The notes under the pieces are model-generated. The model was not told where the DNA came from. It worked only from the letters and a program-made list of their open reading frames with translations, and did not search any database. A program made the position numbers and the translations under genes. From Escherichia phage HY02: a stretch of DNA of 64,000 nucleotides. The DNA lies in sequence record KM092515. One strand, written 5' to 3'. Positions 28,859-38,823 of this stretch are shown piece by piece (position 1 is the stretch's first letter; each line of letters begins with the position of its first letter).

Positions 28859-31402
28859 ATGGCAGATTACAAATTGAGTCAATTAAACTCAATCGACACA
28901 ATTCGTTCAGAAGACCTATTGCACATCAGAGTTAAGAAAAGACCTGAAATGCTGGGTGATGAAGACCGTAGAATGACCTATCAAGACTTCTTAGCTTCCT
29001 TCAAACTAGAAAGGTTTGTTCAGATTGCTGGGAGTACTATGACGGGAGACTTAGGTATTGTCAAGTTACTTTACGGTGGCAAGGCTGTATTTGACCCTAC
29101 AGGCTCTTCTGAGATTACTATTGGGGATATTTTAAAGACTTTTAAAATTAACTCAAATGGTCTTAAACTCACTATTGCAGATGCCACAAGGTCGGCAACT
29201 GTTTATCATACTTTGAATAAACCAAGTCCTAATGAACTTGGCATGAGAACTAATGAAGAGAATGATGCAAGATATGCAAGGCTTGCTGTTACAAATAACT
29301 TCAGTATTAGGCAAGCAATTATAACTGATGGTGAGCAGTTAACTCTTAAGAAGGCAACCAATGCAGGTGCTTCATATATTCAAGGTAGAGATGCTAATAA
29401 CCAGCAAACTTGGTATGTTGGACAGGGAAATGCAAACAGTACTAATGTTTATTTGTACAATCATGCTACTGGTGCAATGTTGACCCTTGATGCAACAGCA
29501 GCATTTAACAAGTCACTTAGAATCACTGGTCAAGTTCAACCTTCGGATTTCTCTAACTTAGATGCTAGGTACTTCACTCAGACAGTCGCTAATCAGAGAT
29601 TTGCACAGTTAGCTGCTAATAATAATTTTACTGGAACAAACACGTTTAGTAGAAACCTACTTATCATCAGTGACAGTGCTGCTTTAAGGTTGAAAAATGC
29701 AACAGCTAGCTCACTATTCATTCAGGGTGTTGACTCCCAGAATACTAACAGGTGGTATGTAGGAAACGGGGATAACACAGCCTCTGTGCTGCTACACAAC
29801 TATGTACACGGCTCAAATATCAGGCTTGATAATGGTTATATCTCAGTCAACCAGAACTTCAGAATCACTGGTCAAGTTCAACCTTCAGATTGGGCTAACA
29901 TTGACTCTAGATATATTCCAGCAGCTACTTTGAATAATCTTGCTAAGATTAATGCTAAGAATACTTTTTCTCAAGGTCAGATTATTAAGGTTGACGGAGA
30001 GGTTATTAGACTTCAGGGGGTAAATGATACTGGTGGTTTGTTCTTGCAAGGTTATACTTCTGATGGTACTAAGAAGTGGTTTATGGGTACTAATGCTTCA
30101 GGCAACTTTACTATCAGGGAGATGGTGTTAGGTACTGAACTGTCTCTTAGAGAGAACTATATCCAGTTCAATAAGAATGTAACAATTAATGGGCAGGTTC
30201 AACCACAAGATTGGGCTAACATTGATGGGAGATACTACAACAAATCATCTGCTGATAGTAGATATCTGAGGGTAAGAAGCACTAACTTTAACACTAGTAA
30301 TGTGGAGAAATGGGCTAAGATTGCAACTGTTACTATGCGGCAGGCAACATCGACAGCGGTAATTGAGTTGTTTGGTGGGTCTGGGTTCAACTATGGTGCA
30401 TATAACCAAGCATGTAAAACAGAGATTGTTATTAGAGCAGGGAATAATAGTCCAAAAGGCTTAAATGTTGTTGCATGGAAAAACTCACCGAATGGTGTTG
30501 TGATGGAAATTGGGCATGTTAATACATCTGGTGATAATTATGACATCTACTTAAAAGCTGGTCCCTACCAAAATGCTACGACAGCTAGGGTTCAGTCATC
30601 ATCTAATGCAACAGTGCAGTTGTTTGAGACTCCAGAGACATCTGACAGTGCTCCATCTGGCTATGTTGCTGGGACAATTGCTTATTATTATACTAGTCTC
30701 TTGAAACCAACCCCTTCAGATATTGGTGCATACACTAAAGCAGAGACTGACCAGAAGATTGCAGATGCAATTAGTGACTCTACAGACCTGAATAAAATCT
30801 ATCCAGTAGGTATTGTGACGTGGTTTAACAGTAATGTCAACCCAAACACAGCACTTCCTGGGTTAACTTGGACGTACCTGAATAATGGTGTTGGTAGAAC
30901 TATTAGAATTGCAGCAGCAAACGGTTCAGATGTTGCTACAACTGGTGGTTCAGACTCTGTAACGTTGTCTGTTGGTAACTTACCTTCACACACGCACAGC
31001 TTCTCTGCTACTACTTCATCATTTGACTATGGTACTAAGACTTCTAGCACAACTGGTAACCACAACCACAACAGAGGTACTATGGAGATTACTGGTTCAT
31101 TTGGTTACTTCAGAAGTGACGCTAGTAGCTTCTACACAGCAAGTGGTGCATTCTACCTCGGTAGTCAGGCAGGTTCTAAAGGGTATACTGGTAACAACTT
31201 TACTAATGGTATCCCTGTCAACTTCAACGCATCAAGAAACTGGTCTGGTGTAACGAATACAACAGGTAACCACAGCCACACTGTTGGTATTGGTGCTCAC
31301 AGCCACACAGTTAGCGGTAACACAGGTGGTACTGGTTCTGGTTCAGCATTTAGTGTTACTAACCAGTTCTATAAGTTAATGGCTTGGGTAAGAACTGCTT
31401 AA
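28859..31402 (+). CDS. long tail fibre protein with internal triplicated module and C-terminal His-X-His region
   Basis: 847 aa; three copies of an ITGQVQPSD(W/F)(A/S)N(I/L)D(A/S/G)RY module; C-terminus with SHTHSF, GNHNHN, GNHSHTVGIGAHSHTV and tail AFSVTNQFYKLMAWVRTA. Confidence 0.7.
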   Translation: MADYKLSQLNSIDTIRSEDLLHIRVKKRPEMLGDEDRRMTYQDFLASFKLERFVQIAGSTMTGDLGIVKLLYGGKAVFDPTGSSEITIGDILKTFKINSNGLKLTIADATRSATVYHTLNKPSPNELGMRTNEENDARYARLAVTNNFSIRQAIITDGEQLTLKKATNAGASYIQGRDANNQQTWYVGQGNANSTNVYLYNHATGAMLTLDATAAFNKSLRITGQVQPSDFSNLDARYFTQTVANQRFAQLAANNNFTGTNTFSRNLLIISDSAALRLKNATASSLFIQGVDSQNTNRWYVGNGDNTASVLLHNYVHGSNIRLDNGYISVNQNFRITGQVQPSDWANIDSRYIPAATLNNLAKINAKNTFSQGQIIKVDGEVIRLQGVNDTGGLFLQGYTSDGTKKWFMGTNASGNFTIREMVLGTELSLRENYIQFNKNVTINGQVQPQDWANIDGRYYNKSSADSRYLRVRSTNFNTSNVEKWAKIATVTMRQATSTAVIELFGGSGFNYGAYNQACKTEIVIRAGNNSPKGLNVVAWKNSPNGVVMEIGHVNTSGDNYDIYLKAGPYQNATTARVQSSSNATVQLFETPETSDSAPSGYVAGTIAYYYTSLLKPTPSDIGAYTKAETDQKIADAISDSTDLNKIYPVGIVTWFNSNVNPNTALPGLTWTYLNNGVGRTIRIAAANGSDVATTGGSDSVTLSVGNLPSHTHSFSATTSSFDYGTKTSSTTGNHNHNRGTMEITGSFGYFRSDASSFYTASGAFYLGSQAGSKGYTGNNFTNGIPVNFNASRNWSGVTNTTGNHSHTVGIGAHSHTVSGNTGGTGSGSAFSVTNQFYKLMAWVRTA

Positions 31403-31409
31403 TCCCTTG

Positions 31410-31438
31410 TTGACTGATTGTTAAGATGGTGTTAATAT
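31410..31438 (+). promoter_or_regulatory. sigma70-like promoter (TTGACT, 17 bp, TAATAT)
   Basis: TTGACT at 31410-31415 and TAATAT at 31433-31438, upstream of the 31482 gene. Confidence 0.45.
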
Positions 31439-31481
31439 TCTTTATGGGTATTCTCACCATCTTGGCTGATGAGGTGATTAA

Positions 31482-31679
31482 ATGCCTACAATCCTAGCAA
31501 TTCTTCTAAAAAATCTAGGTAGCTTCTTCTGGAAACTCATTTTATCCCTTCTAAGTGAATACATGATTGAGAAAGTGTTCTTTAAGCTTGCAAGATATCT
31601 TGCGAGTAAGACAGACACACCTATTGATGATGAGTTCGTAGATAACTTAGAAAAAGCTTTTAAGGGGGAGAATAAATGA
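31482..31679 (+). CDS. small membrane protein (holin-like candidate)
   Basis: 65 aa with a hydrophobic N-terminal segment; after the tail-fibre genes, where lysis genes often sit; no endolysin recognised nearby. Confidence 0.4.
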   Translation: MPTILAILLKNLGSFFWKLILSLLSEYMIEKVFFKLARYLASKTDTPIDDEFVDNLEKAFKGENK

Positions 31680-32047
31680 AGTGGCTAGAGGAAGCTTTTA
31701 AAAATAATATTGGTGCAATTGTAGTTGGTATTTTTAGTGTTATTGGGATGTATACCACCATGCAAGTTTCGGATGGTAAGCAAGAGGTGTCTATCACAAC
31801 AAAATTACAGCAGCTAGATAATTACAGTAAATCTAATTACTCAGCTATTCGTGATTTACAGTCTGACATGAGATTGCTTCAGTTAGGGATGGAGAACCAG
31901 AAAGTTCAGTTAGAGAATGTTAAGGGTGAGAACGCAAAACTTACTAAAACTCTTGATAAATTCTCTGACAGTGTGAACAATCTGGCTCAATCAGTATCAG
32001 CCTTGCAAGCTATTACTGAAAAGAACACAAAGAATACTGAAAAATAA
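31676..32047 (+). CDS. membrane-anchored coiled-coil protein (spanin- or holin-like candidate)
   Basis: 123 aa; N-terminal transmembrane helix (IGAIVVGIFSVIGMYTT) then coiled-coil sequence. Confidence 0.4.
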   Translation: MKWLEEAFKNNIGAIVVGIFSVIGMYTTMQVSDGKQEVSITTKLQQLDNYSKSNYSAIRDLQSDMRLLQLGMENQKVQLENVKGENAKLTKTLDKFSDSVNNLAQSVSALQAITEKNTKNTEK

Positions 32048-32054
32048 AATTTAA

Positions 32055-32079
32055 GGCTCCCGTAAAAAGGAGCCTTTTT
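32055..32079. terminator. bidirectional rho-independent terminator between convergent gene blocks
   Basis: AGGCTCC-CGTAAAA-GGAGCCT hairpin with a T-run on the plus side and an A-run upstream; lies between the 31676..32047 gene and the minus-strand thyA. Confidence 0.7.
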
Positions 32080-32082
32080 GTT

Positions 32083-32982
32083 TTACTTACCTACTGATAA
32101 AGGTGCTTCAATCTTTCCTGCATGTTGGTAGTTGCTAATGCCACCAATAAAATCACTTGCAGTGAGATGTTTTAAGTCACTTAAAGTGTTAAGTGGTAAG
32201 CCAATCTCAAAAGTTGGTGCATGGAAATCTTCATTGTTCATCAGTTCATAAACCTGCTTCATATGGTTATGATAAATCTGAGTATCTCCAAAGACACCTA
32301 TCAAGTACCGTGGAGTGTATCCAGTCATCTTACAAAGAACTTCCAGAATAAAGCCATAAGATGCAATGTTAAAGGGAAGTCCTAAAAAGGTGTCTACAGA
32401 ACGCTGATACCATTGTAAGTCAACTTCACCCTCATTAGTGATATAAATCTGAAACAGAACATGACAAGGTGCTAAAGCCATTGAGTTAGCTGCAATATCT
32501 GCTGCATTCCAAGCATTAACAAGCATGTAACGGTTTGTGATATCACCTTTCATCTTCGTTACTAAGGTTTCTAACTGGTCTACAACACAACCATTATGAC
32601 CTTCAAAGTTTCTCCACTGAACCCCGTAGATTCTACCACCTGCATCCTCTAACCAGTCTTGTTCAGAGGAATAATTAGAGCTTAACCAGCGTTTAAAATC
32701 ATCTGACCAGATAGTCCAGCGTTCCCCGTCATTTTCACCCCAAGTACGGTAACGAAGTTCACCAAGCTTATTCTCGCCATTCAGGAACCATAAAGCTTCT
32801 CCGATAACTTGCCTTGTAAACACCTGTTTAGATGTTAAGAGTGGGAAACCAGTACGCATATCAAAACGAAACTGAGGTGGAGCAAATGCAGAGATAACGT
32901 CTCCAGTTCGTGTAGTACGCAGTTCACCAACGGATAAAACATGGTTCAGGATATTTTTGTAACTCAAATCTGCTTGTGACAT
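32083..32982 (-). CDS. thyA: thymidylate synthase
   Basis: Conserved ThyA active-site region LAPCHVLFQ (catalytic Cys), plus WNAADI and GLPFNIASYGFIL segments; 299 aa. Confidence 0.9.
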   Translation of the reverse strand: MSQADLSYKNILNHVLSVGELRTTRTGDVISAFAPPQFRFDMRTGFPLLTSKQVFTRQVIGEALWFLNGENKLGELRYRTWGENDGERWTIWSDDFKRWLSSNYSSEQDWLEDAGGRIYGVQWRNFEGHNGCVVDQLETLVTKMKGDITNRYMLVNAWNAADIAANSMALAPCHVLFQIYITNEGEVDLQWYQRSVDTFLGLPFNIASYGFILEVLCKMTGYTPRYLIGVFGDTQIYHNHMKQVYELMNNEDFHAPTFEIGLPLNTLSDLKHLTASDFIGGISNYQHAGKIEAPLSVGK

Positions 32983-32983
32983 A

Positions 32984-33529
32984 TCAAAAGTGTCCTTTTA
33001 CTTGTGGAACATAAATTTCAAAGGTTGCTTTACCATCATCCGATGGCCTTGACTGTACCTTTGCAAATACACGGCTATCATACAGCTTATCGAAGAAGTT
33101 TTCAAAAGGTAAATACACAGTGGCCTCTTCAGTAACTTTATGGAAAACTGTATGGAAAACTACACCAGCATACGGCAAAGCATTGACAAGAACACCTGCA
33201 CCACCAATTACAAAGACATCTTCATCAATAGAGCTATCAAGATACTTCAAAAATGCTCCAAAGGACTCTTTACTAGCTTTAGCATACACTACATCATCTT
33301 TGTCAAAGTCTATACCCAAATATGGAACAGAGTTCGTTAAGACGAGGTTTGTACGTTCTGGTAATGGTTTACTACCCAGAGTCTTAAAAGTCTCATTACC
33401 CATCACTACTAAATTATCTTTAGTGAGCCTCTTGAACTCTTGCATATCCTGTTTATGTCGAGGCCACGGCATACCAGTTAGAGTACCAAACTCCCCATTT
33501 TCACCACTTGCAAAGATTAATTTAATCAT
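32984..33529 (-). CDS. frd: dihydrofolate reductase
   Basis: N-terminal DHFR signature (MIKLIFASGENGEFGTLTGMPWPRHKQDMQEFKRLT) and a GG motif near the C-terminus; directly coupled to thyA. Confidence 0.85.
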   Translation of the reverse strand: MIKLIFASGENGEFGTLTGMPWPRHKQDMQEFKRLTKDNLVVMGNETFKTLGSKPLPERTNLVLTNSVPYLGIDFDKDDVVYAKASKESFGAFLKYLDSSIDEDVFVIGGAGVLVNALPYAGVVFHTVFHKVTEEATVYLPFENFFDKLYDSRVFAKVQSRPSDDGKATFEIYVPQVKGHF

Positions 33530-33786
33530 TTTGTAAATCCTCTCTTAATGAACCAGTTGATGACATTCTTCACAGCTTTATTACTATGGTAGATTAAGTG
33601 TGGTGTTGGTTGGTATGAACCATAAGCCCAGAAAGCAATGATTTCATTACACCCTGTGCATCGGGTACTTTCTTCAGCAATATGACCGTTGACTATTTCA
33701 CTTACCTCACCTTGTAAGTCTGTACACCCACAATGTGGACAACGGATAGGTGTTCCATCAGACTCATAGCAGTGTTCAATTTTCAT
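33526..33786 (-). CDS. small zinc-ribbon protein
   Basis: 86 aa with CPHCGC...CTGC cysteine pairs; overlaps the frd start. Confidence 0.5.
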   Translation of the reverse strand: MKIEHCYESDGTPIRCPHCGCTDLQGEVSEIVNGHIAEESTRCTGCNEIIAFWAYGSYQPTPHLIYHSNKAVKNVINWFIKRGFTK

Positions 33787-34302
33787 TTATTTAACCTCAA
33801 AAACTGGTTCAAGAACCAATATAAAATCTACACAGTCATCTTCTTCATCCAGAATACCATCAAAGTTCTTAGGAACGAAGTCGAAGAGGCTCATAACAAA
33901 GCAGTCAGAAGTAACCCTGATAGTTCCTCCCATATTCTCTACAGTCAACACTGTACGACTTTCTTTTACCTCTCTCAGAAGATTACTCACAAAGTCATCT
34001 AAGAAGTACTTCATCAGTGACTTAAAGCCTTTAGGGTAATCTGTACCAGAGTATGTTTCAATTTGAGGTACAAGCTTAACATTTATACTGGTCTTTGTTA
34101 AGAATGTGCTAGAGAACATGCTATCAGGTAACTTACAAACAGTCTTTCCAGTACCTTCATGTTCAATCTCAACAAAACCAGCTTCGTCGCCACATGTAAC
34201 TATTTTAAAAGATGCTTCATTCTCATACTGTGAAGCCATAAACTTTTTAAGCATTTCCTTAAGGAAATCTGCATGAGCATCTTGTAAGTAGATATCAATC
34301 AT
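33787..34302 (-). CDS. hypothetical protein
   Basis: 171-aa ORF, tightly packed with neighbours. Confidence 0.55.
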   Translation of the reverse strand: MIDIYLQDAHADFLKEMLKKFMASQYENEASFKIVTCGDEAGFVEIEHEGTGKTVCKLPDSMFSSTFLTKTSINVKLVPQIETYSGTDYPKGFKSLMKYFLDDFVSNLLREVKESRTVLTVENMGGTIRVTSDCFVMSLFDFVPKNFDGILDEEDDCVDFILVLEPVFEVK

Positions 34303-34315
34303 AGTTAATTACCTA

Positions 34316-34675
34316 TTATGGGAACAGACACTTGATGTCATCATTTTTGAAAACGAAACTTGTGTAGTTGTGACCGTCAACATCCAACCAAACAGCCTGA
34401 ACATCCACACCATCAAGATTGTGGTAAAGTTCTTTGATGAAGTGGTCTTTCACAATCTGGCTGCTAGTTGTTTCCAGCTTAATATTTGAGATTGCTGAAC
34501 CTACAGCCATATAACCCATGACACGTTTCTTCTCAGTATGCTTAATCTTACCATCTTTGTAAGCCATAATGAGATTGGAGAGAATCTTTACACCATAATA
34601 CTTTTCAAGGTGAGTAGGTGCACCATAAAAGCCTAATGCGAAGTTTTCAGAGTGGATAATGTTTTCACGTTTCAT
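34316..34675 (-). CDS. hypothetical protein
   Basis: 119-aa ORF. Confidence 0.5.
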   Translation of the reverse strand: MKRENIIHSENFALGFYGAPTHLEKYYGVKILSNLIMAYKDGKIKHTEKKRVMGYMAVGSAISNIKLETTSSQIVKDHFIKELYHNLDGVDVQAVWLDVDGHNYTSFVFKNDDIKCLFP

Positions 34676-34676
34676 A

Positions 34677-35006
34677 TTAATCTGCCAACCTTAAATTAAA
34701 ATTAACACCAAATTTTTCACATACTTCCAACATAAACTCAAGAGAAACATTACCAGTGAGATTGATTATGTTGGATACACGAGCCTGAGAGATACCACAA
34801 ATCTTAGCAACTTGCTCTTGAGAGAGACCTCTGGATTTAATCTCTCTCTTAAAACGATGTGCAACGAAGTCTCTCATTTCGTCTACATCCATCGGACAAA
34901 TATAACTCTCCATTTCAGCCTCTCTGTCAGCCTCCCAATCATCTTGTGGAGCATAAGGGTCAAAAGCTTCATTCATCTTTCTTCTTCCGTTTGCGTGAAG
35001 TGTCAA
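34677..35006 (-). CDS. helix-turn-helix DNA-binding protein (XRE-like)
   Basis: C-terminal HTH signature LSQEQVAKICGISQARVSNIINLTG; acidic N-terminus. Confidence 0.6.
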   Translation of the reverse strand: MTLHANGRRKMNEAFDPYAPQDDWEADREAEMESYICPMDVDEMRDFVAHRFKREIKSRGLSQEQVAKICGISQARVSNIINLTGNVSLEFMLEVCEKFGVNFNLRLAD

Positions 35007-35181
35007 TCAATGAATCTATGTTTGTAGCCCGAACCTTTTCACGTTCATCGTTAAGATAATCGTCAAGAACCTTTTCAATCTGTGAATCATCTTTACAGAT
35101 GACTGTAAAAACTGTAAAGCCGTCTGTATCGTCAATTATCTTACCATAACCGCTTCTGGGATGTAACTTTTTAAGAGCCAT
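34969..35181 (-). CDS. hypothetical small protein
   Basis: 70-aa ORF overlapping the downstream gene start. Confidence 0.4.
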   Translation of the reverse strand: MALKKLHPRSGYGKIIDDTDGFTVFTVICKDDSQIEKVLDDYLNDEREKVRATNIDSLIDTSRKRKKKDE

Positions 35182-35182
35182 A

Positions 35183-35566
35183 TCAAATACCTGTGCAGCT
35201 TCTGTTTTCTAAGAAATACTCAACACCATACATAGCTTTTTGCATCAAATCTTCTTTAAACTGGATACGATGGTTGAGCATAGCCTGTACATCAATACCA
35301 TCAGGGTGCTTTTCTTTAATATTTGCAGATTGCAGGAAATACTCTGCAAGAACACGATACTGATAGTCAGTTACTTTATCAGTCATCTCTGTTAAAGACT
35401 CTTCAGAGATTGGTTTAAGTAACTCACCATTAGCCAAAGCAACACCTTTAACAATCTGACAAGTGTCTTCTGGAACACCTGATAAGTCCACATTTGGAAG
35501 TTCTGTTGCATTGACTGGTAAATTCATTGCCATAACCATTGTAGCGGCTAATAAAATCTTTTTCAT
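35183..35566 (-). CDS. secreted or periplasmic protein with N-terminal signal peptide
   Basis: MKKILLAATMVMAMNLPVNA signal-like N-terminus; 127 aa. Confidence 0.55.
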   Translation of the reverse strand: MKKILLAATMVMAMNLPVNATELPNVDLSGVPEDTCQIVKGVALANGELLKPISEESLTEMTDKVTDYQYRVLAEYFLQSANIKEKHPDGIDVQAMLNHRIQFKEDLMQKAMYGVEYFLENRSCTGI

Positions 35567-35658
35567 AATGACCTCAAAGTTATATTAAATTTTGTATTAC
35601 ATTGAGTATAAAAATAAGCTATAACACCTGACTTGTCAACAGATTTTATAGCTTATTT

Positions 35659-35788
35659 GGCAGATTTTTTATAAGGCTACTGCCATCCTTCCATACCTAA
35701 CCCAACCAGACCTAACCCCACCGAACCAAACCTTACCTTACTTCACCCTACCTTATTAAAAGACCCTCTTAAAGACCTTTTAAAAAGG
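35659..35788 (-). repeat. intergenic repeat copy 1 (C/A-rich tract plus TTATTAAAAGACCCTCTTAAAGACCTTTTA block)
   Basis: About 125-bp unit also at 36923-37046; contains NNACC pentamer-like repeats (GGT-rich on the coding minus strand). Confidence 0.6.
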
Positions 35789-35804
35789 AGCCTCCGAAGA
35801 GGCT
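35776..35804 (-). terminator. rho-independent terminator (minus strand)
   Basis: AGCCTC-CGAA-GAGGCT hairpin; on the minus strand it is followed by a TTTTT run. Confidence 0.5.
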
Positions 35805-35815
35805 ACCTAGTCAAC

Positions 35816-36256
35816 TTAGAAAGGTTTTCTACGTTGCTTGTTAATGTTAGCTTTCATAGCAGCTAAATGGTTTTGCTGTTCAATCAGTCGTGAACGTTCT
35901 TGATGACTAAGTGCCATAGTGTTCACATTCTCAATCGCTTGAGTGGCTTGCTTTAAAGCACGACCAATCTTACCAGACATTTTACGTTTTGCAATAGTTG
36001 CTTGATGCTTAGGTTCAACCACACGATAACCAACACCCATTGAAGCAACCAGATAAATCTTCTCTTCTTTAAGAAGCTTTTCAATAAACTTCTCAAGTCG
36101 GTTTAGACGTGTAAGTGCATAAGCCTTCATTTCATCTTCGTACTTAACAATGTCACCTTGATAAGTTGGCTTCACAATACCTAAGAAGGTATCCATCTCA
36201 GAGTGTGATACAGTGTCACCGTAACTAAACTTTGCTGCTAATGCTTTTGTATTCAT
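35816..36256 (-). CDS. hypothetical protein
   Basis: 146-aa ORF. Confidence 0.55.
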   Translation of the reverse strand: MNTKALAAKFSYGDTVSHSEMDTFLGIVKPTYQGDIVKYEDEMKAYALTRLNRLEKFIEKLLKEEKIYLVASMGVGYRVVEPKHQATIAKRKMSGKIGRALKQATQAIENVNTMALSHQERSRLIEQQNHLAAMKANINKQRRKPF

Positions 36257-36258
36257 AA

Positions 36259-36864
<606 letters not shown>

Positions 36865-36922
36865 TTAGTTGATTGTTAAGTTGTTTGTAAAGAACCCTCA
36901 ACAGAAGACTCTTTAGAAACTT

Positions 36923-37046
36923 GGTAGATTTTTAACGTGGCTACTACCATCCACCCATGCTTTACCGTACCTGACAGTACAACACTTCAACTTACCCAAC
37001 CACACCTTACCTTATTAAAAGACCCTCTTAAAGACCTTTTAGAAAG
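36923..37046 (-). repeat. intergenic repeat copy 2
   Basis: Shares GGTAGATTTTT...GGCTACTACCATCC...CCTTACCTTATTAAAAGACCCTCTTAAAGACCTTTTA with copy 1; partial third copy near 37140-37180. Confidence 0.6.
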
Positions 37047-37240
37047 GTAAGTCTCATTTTAATGTAGCTGAGACTAACTACCCACACCAAACCATAGCAT
37101 ACATCGCATTACCGGACAGAGCCATACTTTACCAGACATCACTTAAAAACCCTCTTAGAAGACTCTTAAGTGATGCTGGTGAGTACCCGTCGGTTTATGC
37201 TGCTCAGTATACTCACCAAATTTTCTATGTCAACAACTTT

Positions 37241-38341
37241 TTATTCGTAATCTCGAATAACTAACCCAACAGGGAACTGTAAAGAACCCTTACGAGTCAT
37301 CTTCTGGAACTGAACCGTTAAAGGCTTCCCGATAAACTCTTCAGGATGCTCAGCAAGATACTGTTTCTTCTCGTGTGTAGTTTTCCATGAGACATCTACA
37401 AAGACGTTAGGAAGAGTCTCTACAACGAACTTGCCATGACCACGTTTATCGGTCTTTACACCAGTCACTTTAAACTCTTCAGTGTGCATCTTCTTGTGCT
37501 TAATCAAGAAGTATGAACGGTGACAACACTCATAGAAGGAGTCTTCAGAGATTGAACGGTACATTGCACCTTCAAACTTAGCTTCAACCCACTTATCATG
37601 AGCTTCATCGAATTCTTCCCAAGAATTTACACGACGAGACTTAACAGGAACAACTTTACAGCCGTCTCTAAAGTCATTCAATGGTGAAGTCTCAATAATA
37701 TCTCTACGCTCAGGCCACGTCTTAGTGCTGTCACAGATATCGTACCAGTAGAACTGGAGTAGATGTCGGTCTGGATTGTCAGCATTCTTAATCATAGACA
37801 CAATATCTTCTAAGTCCCAACCATGAGCATAAATCTCACCATCAAAGTCTTCGACTTGTGGATGTAATTTAAGCAACAAAAGCAAATCTGGGATTAGTTC
37901 TGCTGGGACGTTGTAAACAGTATTCTCACGAGAATAAGCCGTGAAACTAACTGAATCAGCGTCTCTTGAAATTCTACAACGAACTCCATCAAGTTTTGGT
38001 TGAGCATCAGCAGGGAACTTCAGATACTTTGCATGACTAACCTTTGCAGCATCATGAGCAAGCTGTACACCTACCTTCTCAGTATTCTGTGCAGACTCTT
38101 TTGTGTAAGCATAACCTTTGCGGTCAACTTGCTTTTTATACTTTGCAGCAACTTCAAAGAGAGCTTGCTGTTCAGCGTTACGCTCATTCTTTTTACCGAT
38201 GTTCTTAGGCTCTGCTGTATACTCTTCAAACATCATCTTGCCATTTTCTTTGCCATACGTGGTAACAACTTTGTCACCTACAGCAACACATGACCAGACG
38301 TTAAAAGAGCCATCTTTATTTTGTTTGTACAGTGTTGTCAT
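37241..38341 (-). CDS. ATP-dependent DNA ligase
   Basis: Adenylation motif I KLDGVR (KxDG) in PKLDGVRCRI; 366 aa. Confidence 0.75.
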   Translation of the reverse strand: MTTLYKQNKDGSFNVWSCVAVGDKVVTTYGKENGKMMFEEYTAEPKNIGKKNERNAEQQALFEVAAKYKKQVDRKGYAYTKESAQNTEKVGVQLAHDAAKVSHAKYLKFPADAQPKLDGVRCRISRDADSVSFTAYSRENTVYNVPAELIPDLLLLLKLHPQVEDFDGEIYAHGWDLEDIVSMIKNADNPDRHLLQFYWYDICDSTKTWPERRDIIETSPLNDFRDGCKVVPVKSRRVNSWEEFDEAHDKWVEAKFEGAMYRSISEDSFYECCHRSYFLIKHKKMHTEEFKVTGVKTDKRGHGKFVVETLPNVFVDVSWKTTHEKKQYLAEHPEEFIGKPLTVQFQKMTRKGSLQFPVGLVIRDYE

Positions 38342-38544
38342 TTTCTCTTACCACCAATTTCTACGTCGATAACCTGAACATCACCAGCAACATCAAACTT
38401 ATGAATGATGCTTTCCACAGTGTAAGTACAACCATCAATGCGAACCAACTCACCTTCTCGTGGGATGATGGGATTACGTTGAGCTACGGTTGTAGTGGAG
38501 TGAACAACATCATAACAGTAGATATAGTTTACTAGGACTTCCAT
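38338..38544 (-). CDS. hypothetical small protein
   Basis: 68-aa ORF overlapping the ligase start. Confidence 0.45.
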   Translation of the reverse strand: MEVLVNYIYCYDVVHSTTTVAQRNPIIPREGELVRIDGCTYTVESIIHKFDVAGDVQVIDVEIGGKRK

Positions 38545-38553
38545 ATCTTTTCC

Positions 38554-38772
38554 TTAAAATGATAAGTTAATGCTAATACGTTCACCCTTAAGGACTCCTG
38601 TACGGTCTCTTGCAATCTTACCGTCAACGATAATGATATGCGCAAACTTTAAAGACTCACTATTAAAACCTTTTACGAACTTACTAGGCATTACCACAAT
38701 ACACATCTCCTGAATCAACTCTGGAGTATAGCAATTGTCGTGAAGTTGCTGAATAACGTCTGAAAGTTTCAT
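38554..38772 (-). CDS. hypothetical small protein
   Basis: 72-aa ORF. Confidence 0.45.
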   Translation of the reverse strand: MKLSDVIQQLHDNCYTPELIQEMCIVVMPSKFVKGFNSESLKFAHIIIVDGKIARDRTGVLKGERISINLSF

Positions 38773-38823
38773 ATAACCTCCTATATAAGATATTGTATAA
38801 GGTACTCTTCCCTGAGCACCTTG

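Noticed and set aside
28574-31253. Out-of-frame ORFs 28574..28786 and 30972..31253 within the tail-fibre genes
   Set aside because: Generated by the repetitive His-codon (CAC/CAT) region read in another frame; their products are Leu/Val/Thr low-complexity strings.
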